Translations under genes and position numbers: made by a program
Origin: an uncultured virus (IMG/VR IMGVR_UViG_3300031521_000020)
Lineage: Duplodnaviria > Heunggongvirae > Uroviricota > Caudoviricetes
Reading direction: 5' to 3' (one strand)
IMG/VR virus record: IMGVR_UViG_3300031521_000020
Length of the DNA stretch: 64,000 nucleotides
Notes under the pieces: generated by a model
Seen by the model: only the letters and a program-made list of their open reading frames with translations
Told to the model about the DNA's origin: nothing
The model's database searches: none
Shown here: positions 48,080 through 56,819 of the stretch, one piece after another
How the letters are laid out: every line of letters begins with the position of its first letter
Position numbering within the stretch: the stretch's first letter is position 1

Positions 48080-48109
48080 TAACATATATTAAATATTTAA
48101 TATATGTTA
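48080..48109. repeat. Perfect 30-bp palindrome
   Basis: TAACATATATTAAATATTTAATATATGTTA equals its own reverse complement. Confidence 0.9.
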
Positions 48110-48239
48110 GGCTCTTCATTTTCCAAGTAAAAATAAAAAGCAATAATTATACAAATTAACCACATAATATATTAGTATTTTTTAATATCCAAGCAAAACA
48201 TACCCTTCCTTCAGCCTGTCGGCTTGGTGGTGGTTTAGT

Positions 48240-48431
48240 TCACATAGAACGTAATAATTGAGAAATACCATATAGTGAAATGTTTTTACAATCATCACAT
48301 TCATCAGCACCACTATCTGATGGGTTTTTATAACCATAACGTAAAACAGTATATACTGAGTCACTTTTCAACATTTCAATTACATCATCAAAGTTAAAAC
48401 CAGTATGGGTGTAAAATTCTTTATTTGTCAT
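48240..48431 (-). CDS. hypothetical protein
   Basis: ORF 2 nt after previous stop. Confidence 0.5.
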   Translation of the reverse strand: MTNKEFYTHTGFNFDDVIEMLKSDSVYTVLRYGYKNPSDSGADECDDCKNISLYGISQLLRSM

Positions 48432-48433
48432 GA

Positions 48434-48991
48434 TTAATCAATTTTTATTTTTAATTCCGAACCATCTATTTTTGAATATACTATTTTTGTTGGTTGTAAT
48501 TCATATTTCAGGTCTTTAAACATTTCAATATATTTATCACCTTCACCTAATTTTAAATACGCCAGTGTTAAATGAGGATTAAATATTTTATATTCGTTTG
48601 TATTAGGTAATTTTGAAAGTTCCTTATTACATTTAGATAAATACTTTTCTTTATAAACTTCAAATTTTAGTACTTCGAATGTTTCATTTTTAAATAAAGA
48701 AACATTTTTAATTTCTACATCTTCAAAATCAAATTTACTCATAATATCTTTAACTTGTTGATCTTTAACTTCTTCGTGGAGACCATATAAAAGGGTAATA
48801 TGTTCCGATTTTTCAAAACCATATGACTTTGTATCATCATTATATAAATCCTTCTCATCAATTTTAGATTGTAACTCTTTAAATTCTGGAAAGTAGACAT
48901 ACAACATCACACAACCAAAACCATTTACTTGTTTATTTTCTTTTAAGCCCATAAGACCCTTGATTTTACTACCAAACTCATTTAATTCCAT
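48434..48991 (-). CDS. 2H phosphodiesterase, Acb1/T4 gp57B-like
   Basis: GCVML, HITLLYG and PHLTLAY (two HxT motifs). Confidence 0.8.
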   Translation of the reverse strand: MELNEFGSKIKGLMGLKENKQVNGFGCVMLYVYFPEFKELQSKIDEKDLYNDDTKSYGFEKSEHITLLYGLHEEVKDQQVKDIMSKFDFEDVEIKNVSLFKNETFEVLKFEVYKEKYLSKCNKELSKLPNTNEYKIFNPHLTLAYLKLGEGDKYIEMFKDLKYELQPTKIVYSKIDGSELKIKID

Positions 48992-48997
48992 ATAAGT

Positions 48998-49222
48998 TTA
49001 TTTTGTTATATATTTATCGTAAAATTTATTTTCATTTTCAATTTCATTTCGATATTTTTTATACACCGAAGACATACAGACACCAATAAATGCACCAGAT
49101 GTTGGGTAGTTTTTCTCTTTTAAACTCTCTCTCCACAATGCAGATGCCAATACCATCATATGTCCATAGCCAATTGTTTCACCCAAAGCCTTAACAATTT
49201 CAATTTCGTTATTTTCTTTCAT
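48998..49222 (-). CDS. hypothetical protein
   Basis: ORF. Confidence 0.7.
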   Translation of the reverse strand: MKENNEIEIVKALGETIGYGHMMVLASALWRESLKEKNYPTSGAFIGVCMSSVYKKYRNEIENENKFYDKYITK

Positions 49223-49223
49223 A

Positions 49224-49640
49224 TTATTTTATTTTTTTAAGTTTCCAAAAACTACCATCTAAAAACAGTACCTTAGTAGTATAAGTGTTTATTATTTTTT
49301 CATTTTCACTTATAGGAACGTATAATGTAAATGTCTTATTAATAAACATTTTTATTGGTGATTCTAGTTTATCAACATAGTAATCGATTAATTCCTTTTC
49401 GCCATCTTTTTTTTCTATTTCAATAATCATATTAAATCCGACTATTTTTTGATCCGAGATATTAATATATTTAATTTTAAGTAGGTCATCTTTCACCCAT
49501 ATTTCATCAAATATTAGCGGAATTTTATGTTTAATAAAGTAGGTTTTTAGTTGATTGATTTTATTAATACCCAAATTAATAACTAAATGTGATATACCCA
49601 AAAACGTAACGAATATAATTGCGTAGAACTGCCAAGCCAT
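49224..49640 (-). CDS. hypothetical membrane-anchored protein
   Basis: N-term TM. Confidence 0.65.
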   Translation of the reverse strand: MAWQFYAIIFVTFLGISHLVINLGINKINQLKTYFIKHKIPLIFDEIWVKDDLLKIKYINISDQKIVGFNMIIEIEKKDGEKELIDYYVDKLESPIKMFINKTFTLYVPISENEKIINTYTTKVLFLDGSFWKLKKIK

Positions 49641-49651
49641 ATTTTATAGAT

Positions 49652-49852
49652 TTATTTAGTTAATTTTTTATTTATATTATCAATTGATTCAGAAATATCG
49701 AAGAGTATGTTTAAAAACATTGCGATAATCGTTGCAACAAAAATTTCCGATTTTATATTAAGTACTTCACCAACACCAAAATGAACAATTAATAGACACA
49801 CAATAAAAAAAATAAAATACGGTATAAAAGTGTTAGTGATAAATTTTTTCAT
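49652..49852 (-). CDS. hypothetical two-TM protein
   Basis: Two hydrophobic helices. Confidence 0.65.
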   Translation of the reverse strand: MKKFITNTFIPYFIFFIVCLLIVHFGVGEVLNIKSEIFVATIIAMFLNILFDISESIDNINKKLTK

Positions 49853-49863
49853 TATATTGGTTT

Positions 49864-50187
49864 TTATTTAATGTGTTTAAGTAACTGGTTTAGATCTTGT
49901 TCAAAATTTTTAGCTACTTCCACAATTGCTTTTGTTAATCTATCTTTGGTTGTATCAACATCTTCTGGAAATGCATAGGTATTGTACTCTATGAAATTAG
50001 TTGTGTGATGCATATGTGATCTTAAAACAGTCAATTCACCTTTGGGTATTTTTCTAATTACAGTATCACCATCAACTGAACATCTGGTGAGTACATATAT
50101 TAGCTTTTTTTCTGAAGCATCATATTCCACTATATCCGTTGTAAATCCAGCCTTATTTAAACTAATTGAGATTCTTAGTATTTTCAT
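49864..50187 (-). CDS. hypothetical protein
   Basis: ORF. Confidence 0.7.
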   Translation of the reverse strand: MKILRISISLNKAGFTTDIVEYDASEKKLIYVLTRCSVDGDTVIRKIPKGELTVLRSHMHHTTNFIEYNTYAFPEDVDTTKDRLTKAIVEVAKNFEQDLNQLLKHIK

Positions 50188-50213
50188 ATTATTAATATTA
50201 TGTTTTCAATTGT

Positions 50214-51047
50214 TTAAAATATTATTAAATTCGGATCATTAGCTTCATTTCCCCATTTGGTAATAACTTGAATTCCACCATTAACATATCGAAAAACAAT
50301 CGGGTCTTTTGGCTCTATTTTAAAGATTTTAAAAAATCCTTTTCCTTGTTTTTCCAATCCATTCAAATTGAAATGTGACTTTGGTGCAGCTATAAATAAA
50401 CCAGACTTTTCTACCCTAGCTATAATATCACAGTGAATAGTACTAAATTGAAACAATATTGATCTACCCAATAATTTAGAAACAATTATATCTGGACTAT
50501 AACCATACATCCCAGAACCAGAACCAATTAAATCTTTATTATTAATATAAAACCCTTTAACATATATTAACTCTTTCTCCTCATCTGTTAAATAGGATAT
50601 ACATTCATTGTCTATACGAACCTTTATTTGTATTACATTAACAAAATAGTCGCTTGGGTTCAACTCTATTACTGTTTCAATTTCTTTCAAATTAACCTCA
50701 GGTATATCTTTAATATAATTAGCTACAGGTGCATAAATCAATTTGTATTTATCACAAATCCTATCAAATTCTGTTTCGGTTAAAAACTTTAATCCTGGGT
50801 ACTCGGTTTTATAATGAGAAATAGTATTTGCTTGTTCGGTTGTTTTTACCAAACTATTTGTTTTATTCAAAACATCTTTAATCAATGGGTTACTTGTAAA
50901 CCCAATTTTTAGAAGTCTATCAGCTTTGCTTTTAAGTTCTTGAGAAACATCATTCATTGAAATTAATAACATAGCCTGATTGAGTAAACGATCTTGGGCT
51001 GTATCAATTTCATTATGTATTTTTTCAACTTCAGTCATAATTTTCAA
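50214..51047 (-). CDS. hypothetical conserved phage protein
   Basis: IC.KY.L..., IAAP, DPIV...V.GG..VITKWG.EA. Confidence 0.8.
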   Translation of the reverse strand: MKIMTEVEKIHNEIDTAQDRLLNQAMLLISMNDVSQELKSKADRLLKIGFTSNPLIKDVLNKTNSLVKTTEQANTISHYKTEYPGLKFLTETEFDRICDKYKLIYAPVANYIKDIPEVNLKEIETVIELNPSDYFVNVIQIKVRIDNECISYLTDEEKELIYVKGFYINNKDLIGSGSGMYGYSPDIIVSKLLGRSILFQFSTIHCDIIARVEKSGLFIAAPKSHFNLNGLEKQGKGFFKIFKIEPKDPIVFRYVNGGIQVITKWGNEANDPNLIIF

Positions 51048-51432
51048 TTGTTTTAAAATAATTAATTTGTGCTTCTAATTGGCTTAATTTAATATATTCA
51101 ATTCCATACTCTTCGAAGTTACCATAGTAGTCAGGAAATTCATCTTTCTCTGTTGATATGATTAATTCTTCAATTTCTTTAAATTGTGAGAACGTTATAT
51201 TTTGTTTCAGTTCTTTTAAAACCAAATTTAATACTTCAAATTGTGGTTTACCGTTGCCATCATATCGTCGTTGATAATCGTCTTCGTGATAGCCTCCACC
51301 GCCAATCCCACCAGTAACCCACCGAATATAAATTAATGGTTCATTTATTCCATCGCAACCGAATGGTTCAATAAAAATACCCTGATTTTCTGGGCATAAT
51401 TTATTTATTTTATCAATTAATTGTTGTTCCAT
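51031..51432 (-). CDS. hypothetical protein
   Basis: W.TGG.GG..., DYYGN. Confidence 0.75.
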   Translation of the reverse strand: MEQQLIDKINKLCPENQGIFIEPFGCDGINEPLIYIRWVTGGIGGGGYHEDDYQRRYDGNGKPQFEVLNLVLKELKQNITFSQFKEIEELIISTEKDEFPDYYGNFEEYGIEYIKLSQLEAQINYFKTIENYD

Positions 51433-51466
51433 ATAATTTAGTTTTAAGTTTGTTTTTAATTCGATA

Positions 51467-51498
51467 CAAATGTACTAATAAAAATAGTAATAAACAAG
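51467..51498 (-). promoter_or_regulatory. Bacteroidetes-type promoter
   Basis: CTTG-N20-TACATTTG. Confidence 0.75.
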
Positions 51499-51516
51499 TT
51501 GGTTAACAAATTTTAA

Positions 51517-51553
51517 TAAAAAACCCACAAGTATTTAGCTTATGGGTTTTTTT
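51517..51553 (-). terminator. Rho-independent terminator
   Basis: AAAAAACCCA..TGGGTTTTTT. Confidence 0.75.
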
Positions 51554-51586
51554 ATTAGTAATAATTGAAAAACTACATTAATCTAA

Positions 51587-53170
51587 TTAATATATAATAA
51601 ACTTCCTTAGTCGTTCACTTACTTTAATAAAATACTCATTCAATAAGTCTTCCTTTTCAGGGTTATTATAATATTCGGTTTCTTCTAAAGATACACCTAA
51701 CGAAAATAACATTTTAATAATTACATCTTTCGTTTGGAGAGTTGCATTATTTAAAAATCTAATCCAAAATGGATGCTCTTGATTTATCTCTATAATATAT
51801 AGTCCGTGTTCCTTAACCGATTTAAAGATTAACCCATTTTCACCAAGCTTAGTAAACCGATAATCAGCAAATTTATCTTCTCTTTTTCGAGGAGCAAGTT
51901 TGTTTTTTATCCTATCGTCAACTGGTTCCTTCTTTTCTTTTTCTGTTGTTGCTGGAATAATATCTTTATGTTGCTCATTTTTCCCACGTTCCTTTTTTAT
52001 TCCAATAAATGGATTTTGGTTAATTGATTTGACTATTTCAGCCATTTCACTTTTAACATCATCGCTAATCTTTTCGTTGGTTGTTTTAGAATCTTCGTTG
52101 TTTTTTACTGTCTTAATATAACCACGAAGTTTACCTTTACATACATCTCTGAACCCTTGATCGATTTCATTTTTATCTTTTTCGTGTATAATCTTATTAA
52201 AGGTTGAGCCAAATAAGTTATCACTATCACCACTACAAAATAGTTCAATTCTAAGACCATTTAAGTGACCATCACCAACCTTACCAACAATACCTAAATC
52301 CAAGCTACTCCCAACTAAACGATTGTTTCTATAAACATACAACCCAGAATAAGCTGAACTTCGGTTTACTTCATTTGAAAGTGATTGGCTAACGAACTCA
52401 ATATTAAATACGCTGAATCTAAATTCAGACTCATTATACTCAAATTTTTCATTCGATGTTAGACATGTAGTATATGGTTCATTTCTAAGCATTGGATCAA
52501 CACTTTTTATATATTCATTATTAACAAATAAATTAATATTTAATTCATCAATAAAGTACTTATAAAACAATCCAAGTTTACCTTTTAATATGTCCTTGAA
52601 TACAGTAATATTAGCATTTGTTATTCTATCTAATTTAGATACTATCACAACTGTACCTATATCACTTCCAGTCTCACGTTTAAATTCACTATATTCTTCC
52701 CAACTACCTATTGTAACAGGAATTTCAAATGTATTTGTCATTATCATAACATCCAAATCATATGTAGCGATATAAAAATCGTCATCTGACGCTTTAGTTT
52801 TAACAACAAATTTACGACCCAATGATAGAGCCGCTGCCTTTAACCCAGTCCCATACGAACCAAGATCAAATTCTTTATTTTTACCCATTAACGCACCAAG
52901 CTTAAAGGCCTCATTAAGAGTTTCAATATTCATACCACACCCATCATCACAAATTTTAATAAACTCGTAATCATCTTTAGTTCTCTTAATTTGAACCTTA
53001 ACGTTTTTAGAGTTTACATCTGTATCTAACGAGTTATCAATTATATCAGCAATAGCCGTATAATTATTATAACCAGAATTTCTTAATGTTGTTAAAAAAT
53101 TCACATTTGGAGTTACGTCAATTTGCGTAACCAATTCTTTCAAGTCTTGTTTCACATTTAAATTTTTCAT
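51587..53170 (-). CDS. MORC-type GHKL (HATPase_c_3) ATPase
   Basis: LRNSGY...AIADIIDNSLD, DDGCGM, DLGSYGTGLK.A, GTVV, SGLYVYRNNRL, IN.EHP. Confidence 0.88.
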   Translation of the reverse strand: MKNLNVKQDLKELVTQIDVTPNVNFLTTLRNSGYNNYTAIADIIDNSLDTDVNSKNVKVQIKRTKDDYEFIKICDDGCGMNIETLNEAFKLGALMGKNKEFDLGSYGTGLKAAALSLGRKFVVKTKASDDDFYIATYDLDVMIMTNTFEIPVTIGSWEEYSEFKRETGSDIGTVVIVSKLDRITNANITVFKDILKGKLGLFYKYFIDELNINLFVNNEYIKSVDPMLRNEPYTTCLTSNEKFEYNESEFRFSVFNIEFVSQSLSNEVNRSSAYSGLYVYRNNRLVGSSLDLGIVGKVGDGHLNGLRIELFCSGDSDNLFGSTFNKIIHEKDKNEIDQGFRDVCKGKLRGYIKTVKNNEDSKTTNEKISDDVKSEMAEIVKSINQNPFIGIKKERGKNEQHKDIIPATTEKEKKEPVDDRIKNKLAPRKREDKFADYRFTKLGENGLIFKSVKEHGLYIIEINQEHPFWIRFLNNATLQTKDVIIKMLFSLGVSLEETEYYNNPEKEDLLNEYFIKVSERLRKFIIY

Positions 53171-53187
53171 ATCAAGTTAAATTTTTT

Positions 53188-53234
53188 GATAGGCGAAAAA
53201 TCCATTTTGTTTTTAATGGTTGTAATCACCTACC
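53188..53234 (-). promoter_or_regulatory. Structured 5' leader hairpin
   Basis: GGTAGGTGA/TCGCCTATC stem (2 G-U) enclosing CCATT/AATGG. Confidence 0.55.
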
Positions 53235-53259
53235 GATTGTTATTAAAAAAAACAGTTTG

Positions 53260-53291
53260 CAAATGTAAGGTATTTCATTGATTAAAACAAA
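53260..53291 (-). promoter_or_regulatory. Bacteroidetes-type promoter
   Basis: TTTG-N20-TACATTTG. Confidence 0.8.
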
Positions 53292-53418
53292 TTTAAGGGG
53301 TTATTTTTATATTGTTTATGTATTATTTTGGAATAAAGACAATTTTGTGTTGGTTATCTATTAATTGGACTGTAAAAATATAATAAATAATTCAAATATA
53401 CAAATTAATTAAGCTTTT

Positions 53419-53652
53419 TTAAGATAATTCGTCATCAATGAGGTTTGAAACACCCTCTAGTGCCATAATATATCCAGCATCATAATCACAAATATCGGTA
53501 CTACTAACTATAAGCGTATTTATTTTAGTGAGTAATGATGATTTAATTACAGCCATGATTTTATTTGCAATATGTTCATCCTCACCATAAGCAATTATTT
53601 TAAATTCTTTCATTGAATCCAAAATCTCACTAAGTAATTCTTTATTTTCCAA
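53419..53652 (-). CDS. hypothetical protein
   Basis: ORF. Confidence 0.6.
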   Translation of the reverse strand: MENKELLSEILDSMKEFKIIAYGEDEHIANKIMAVIKSSLLTKINTLIVSSTDICDYDAGYIMALEGVSNLIDDELS

Positions 53653-53671
53653 TGTGTGTTGTTATTTTTAT

Positions 53672-53947
53672 TTATAAATCTATTAACATTATATCAACCA
53701 AATCAAGTGAATCTTTTGTCGTGTTTACGGCAAGTGTAAATGGTAATGTGATAAGACTACTTACATCTTTTTTGTCACGTTCCTTAGTATAGTATTCGAG
53801 CATATACTCAAGATATTTTTTCTTTTTAAGAAGTAAATCTTTTTTTGTGCTTATAATTTTTGGTTGTACCATTGTCGATATTGTCGATCTAACTGCCCGT
53901 TTAATATAATCATTACAGTCATATGCTAATTTTTCATCCATTCCCAT
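53672..53947 (-). CDS. hypothetical protein
   Basis: ORF. Confidence 0.65.
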   Translation of the reverse strand: MGMDEKLAYDCNDYIKRAVRSTISTMVQPKIISTKKDLLLKKKKYLEYMLEYYTKERDKKDVSSLITLPFTLAVNTTKDSLDLVDIMLIDL

Positions 53948-53964
53948 AATATATCTTATTTAAT

Positions 53965-54261
53965 TTAATCTTCTGTTTGACAAATTTGTTTAATTACATT
54001 TTTCGATTTAACTATTTCAACTTTGAAAAGTTTACTTACGTTTGTTTCTTCCGCTATTAAGTTAACATTAAAATTTTCCACCAAAGCAATTAAATTTTTG
54101 ATTGGACTCATTTTATTACGAACAGCTGCTAATTGAGCATATAGTTCATCTTCAATTGCTAACAATAAATCTTGTTTATCGTGATACGATGAGGCTGGGT
54201 ATTGATCATCATCAAATTTCCAATAACTGTCTATTAATTCTAATATTTTATTATCTTTCAT
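53965..54261 (-). CDS. hypothetical protein
   Basis: ORF. Confidence 0.7.
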   Translation of the reverse strand: MKDNKILELIDSYWKFDDDQYPASSYHDKQDLLLAIEDELYAQLAAVRNKMSPIKNLIALVENFNVNLIAEETNVSKLFKVEIVKSKNVIKQICQTED

Positions 54262-54279
54262 AATATTTTAATTGTTATT

Positions 54280-54546
54280 TTAGTCAATATATGATTCTAC
54301 TTTATTCCAGATAAACCATCTTGTTGGTCTAATGTCGTTTGGATTTGTACATCTTCCAAAATCAGATTCATCACGAACAAATGCCGAAGCACCAAATTCT
54401 CCATTATCAACAACGCATACAAGATTTTTACACCATTCTTTAGGTTGTTCAATTTCAATAGCCCCATCTTCAAGAATACCTTTGCATTTAGAATTGTAAG
54501 AGCTTCCCAAGAAACCGATGGTTGAAGTTTTATGTATGTAGTCCAT
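54280..54546 (-). CDS. hypothetical protein
   Basis: VCVVDNG.F.A...D.RP..W. Confidence 0.7.
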   Translation of the reverse strand: MDYIHKTSTIGFLGSSYNSKCKGILEDGAIEIEQPKEWCKNLVCVVDNGEFGASAFVRDESDFGRCTNPNDIRPTRWFIWNKVESYID

Positions 54547-54566
54547 AACTTGTTTTTATTATTTAT

Positions 54567-54755
54567 TTATTTCAGTTCATATTCTTTTTTAAACGCAAAT
54601 ACTAACGCATCGGTAAAAAACGTACTGGTAGTGACAAACCCATTTTCATTAATAATTCCATATTTATTATAATTCTGTGGTTTCAATGCGAATTCTGTAA
54701 ATTTTTCTTTATCAAATTTATAATTCGAAGCAATAATATTTAAATGGTGTCTCAT
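54567..54755 (-). CDS. hypothetical protein
   Basis: ORF. Confidence 0.6.
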   Translation of the reverse strand: MRHHLNIIASNYKFDKEKFTEFALKPQNYNKYGIINENGFVTTSTFFTDALVFAFKKEYELK

Positions 54756-54762
54756 AATATAT

Positions 54763-54983
54763 TTATTTTTTTTTATAATTAGTTATGTAACAACGAAAAC
54801 AGTCAACAAATGTACCATCTTCCATTTTAAAAGCGATTTTATTAGATAATGGGTTAATCATCATATTAACAACTTTTTCTATTTTTGAACCACTTTTAAA
54901 TGGTTTTCCTGAATATTTGAAACACAATTACCTACCCAAGTTAACCATATTTCTTCACCTAAAAAATGTTCGTTGTTTTTCAT
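54763..54983 (-). pseudogene. Frameshifted small ORF
   Basis: MKNNEH..WVGNCVS continues in another frame as KYSGKPFKSG..EDGTFVDC. Confidence 0.5.
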
Positions 54984-54986
54984 AGC

Positions 54987-55316
54987 TTATAAAACTTTTT
55001 TAATTAAATCCTTGTGTATTTCAACATATAAACACATGTTCGATGAAACATTTAAAAATTCCGAAAACCATTTATAACCCACATATTCACCTTTTTCGTA
55101 ATATGGTGATGCATTTCGTTTATCTAAAACATCGGGTGATTTAAAAACATTCACACGATAACGGTTTTGATCGCTTGAAGTAAAATTTCTATTTATAATT
55201 GATCTAACAAAATTAATTAAAAAACAATCAATACCACCCTGAATTTCAAAGCACCTTTCACTTGTACGGTAAGTAGTTGAGTGATCTAATAATTTTTCAT
55301 ATTCTTCTTGGCTCAT
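54987..55316 (-). CDS. hypothetical protein
   Basis: ORF. Confidence 0.65.
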   Translation of the reverse strand: MSQEEYEKLLDHSTTYRTSERCFEIQGGIDCFLINFVRSIINRNFTSSDQNRYRVNVFKSPDVLDKRNASPYYEKGEYVGYKWFSEFLNVSSNMCLYVEIHKDLIKKVL

Positions 55317-55325
55317 TATAGGATA

Positions 55326-55922
55326 TTATAGTATTACGTTCCAAACTAAATCAGGAAATTTACAACATCTATCATTCATCTCATAACCACGAGTGGCGAA
55401 TTTAATTAACGTTCTTTTTTCTATTTCATGATAATATTCATCCATAACTATTTCTTCAAATGTGTGAACAGTTCCACAATGTTCACATTTAACTATTATT
55501 TCACCTTCGTTTGGTAATAAATCTCTCCAACAAGTGTGAGGAACATTTAACCACAATTCACCCAATCCCTTATAACCAAGATCATGCCCATCAATAAAAC
55601 ATAACATTTCCCTAAATGGTTGATTATCTTGATATGTAACTATATTTTCATTAGGGAACTTTTTTAATAATTCATTATGGATTTCTTCGAACGTATTGAA
55701 TCTATTTGTTTTCCCACCTAAACGTATTCCATGTGCCCTATCTTTATTATTCAAACGTATTACTTCAATAGTATCTGTAATCGTTCTAAATAGTTCATCA
55801 CACCCATAACCAACCGATCCATATTTTTTTGGAATCTCATAATTTTCCTCATCATAGTGGCAATAATAATGCACTGCATCGTTATCCTGTCCAATATAGC
55901 TTGTAATATTTGCTTCAATCAT
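55326..55922 (-). CDS. hypothetical protein
   Basis: AVHYY, CEHCG. Confidence 0.75.
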   Translation of the reverse strand: MIEANITSYIGQDNDAVHYYCHYDEENYEIPKKYGSVGYGCDELFRTITDTIEVIRLNNKDRAHGIRLGGKTNRFNTFEEIHNELLKKFPNENIVTYQDNQPFREMLCFIDGHDLGYKGLGELWLNVPHTCWRDLLPNEGEIIVKCEHCGTVHTFEEIVMDEYYHEIEKRTLIKFATRGYEMNDRCCKFPDLVWNVIL

Positions 55923-55928
55923 ATTTAT

Positions 55929-56183
55929 TTAATCTTTAAATTCAACAAACCCATTTTTTTCTAATTCTCTTGCATAATTCAATATTATATCAAATGCATC
56001 ATATAATTCGTCAGAACATGACCTTGAATCAAATTTATTTAAGAATATTTGGTAAACTATCATTTCTACAATTCTTGGTGTTCCTTGATATGCTTTAATT
56101 AGAGCTTCGAAACTGTCTTTTTGTTTGAAATTTTCAGCCATTGTTATAATAGCATTATTCAATGATGTTTTGTTGTATTTCAT
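55929..56183 (-). CDS. hypothetical protein
   Basis: ORF after promoter. Confidence 0.7.
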   Translation of the reverse strand: MKYNKTSLNNAIITMAENFKQKDSFEALIKAYQGTPRIVEMIVYQIFLNKFDSRSCSDELYDAFDIILNYARELEKNGFVEFKD

Positions 56184-56227
56184 AACTATTGGTTTATTAG
56201 ATGTTTTTAATTAAAATTATTATGATA

Positions 56228-56259
56228 CAAAAGTAAAGAAAAGGACTTACTTTCGCAAA
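56228..56259 (-). promoter_or_regulatory. Bacteroidetes-type promoter
   Basis: TTTG-N20-TACTTTTG. Confidence 0.8.
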
Positions 56260-56278
56260 TCCTTTAACTTATATTAAT

Positions 56279-56815
56279 CTAATTCAATAACCTCGTTTGT
56301 AGTTCTTCAATCTCTTTATTTATCATCTCGTTATGCTCTTCAATGATAACTGGGATAATCCAAAGGTCATCACATGATTTAGCACTTTGAACAGCATCTT
56401 CTTTTGTAAATACCCCCGCCCTGTGTTTAAAATCCGTATATCCACATGATCCTGGTTTATAGTAGCTACCTTTCTTAATGTAACAGAATTTTATATTTTC
56501 ATTATTAAGTAGTTCGTCTAATTTCGTTATTCGCTCTCGATCATGAAGTATTTCATTTATTGAATACATGGTTTCTCCCTTACCCTCAAATTCGAATTTA
56601 TCATGATCCTTAGCTCTAATAACAGGTATATTAATATATGTTAGATCATCGCCGATATAAAGTTGCATTCCATTATAATTTGCCGTACTTAATAATTTTG
56701 TTTTAGCTTTACCAACGCTATCTGCATATGCAATTTCTCGTTCATACACATAACGTTCATCAATTTTACTTAGGTCAATTTCATAGGCCTTTTCAAGTAA
56801 TTTATATTTTTCCAT
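56279..56815 (-). CDS. hypothetical protein
   Basis: YY.P..CGYT....AG.FT..DA motif. Confidence 0.75.
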   Translation of the reverse strand: MEKYKLLEKAYEIDLSKIDERYVYEREIAYADSVGKAKTKLLSTANYNGMQLYIGDDLTYINIPVIRAKDHDKFEFEGKGETMYSINEILHDRERITKLDELLNNENIKFCYIKKGSYYKPGSCGYTDFKHRAGVFTKEDAVQSAKSCDDLWIIPVIIEEHNEMINKEIEELQTRLLN

Positions 56816-56819
56816 GATA

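Noticed and set aside
48182..48364. GC-richer ORF tail (..RLKEGYVLLGY) as an ASCH fragment, frameshift product or IS end
   Set aside because: Too short to support; no slippery site or convincing hairpin identified
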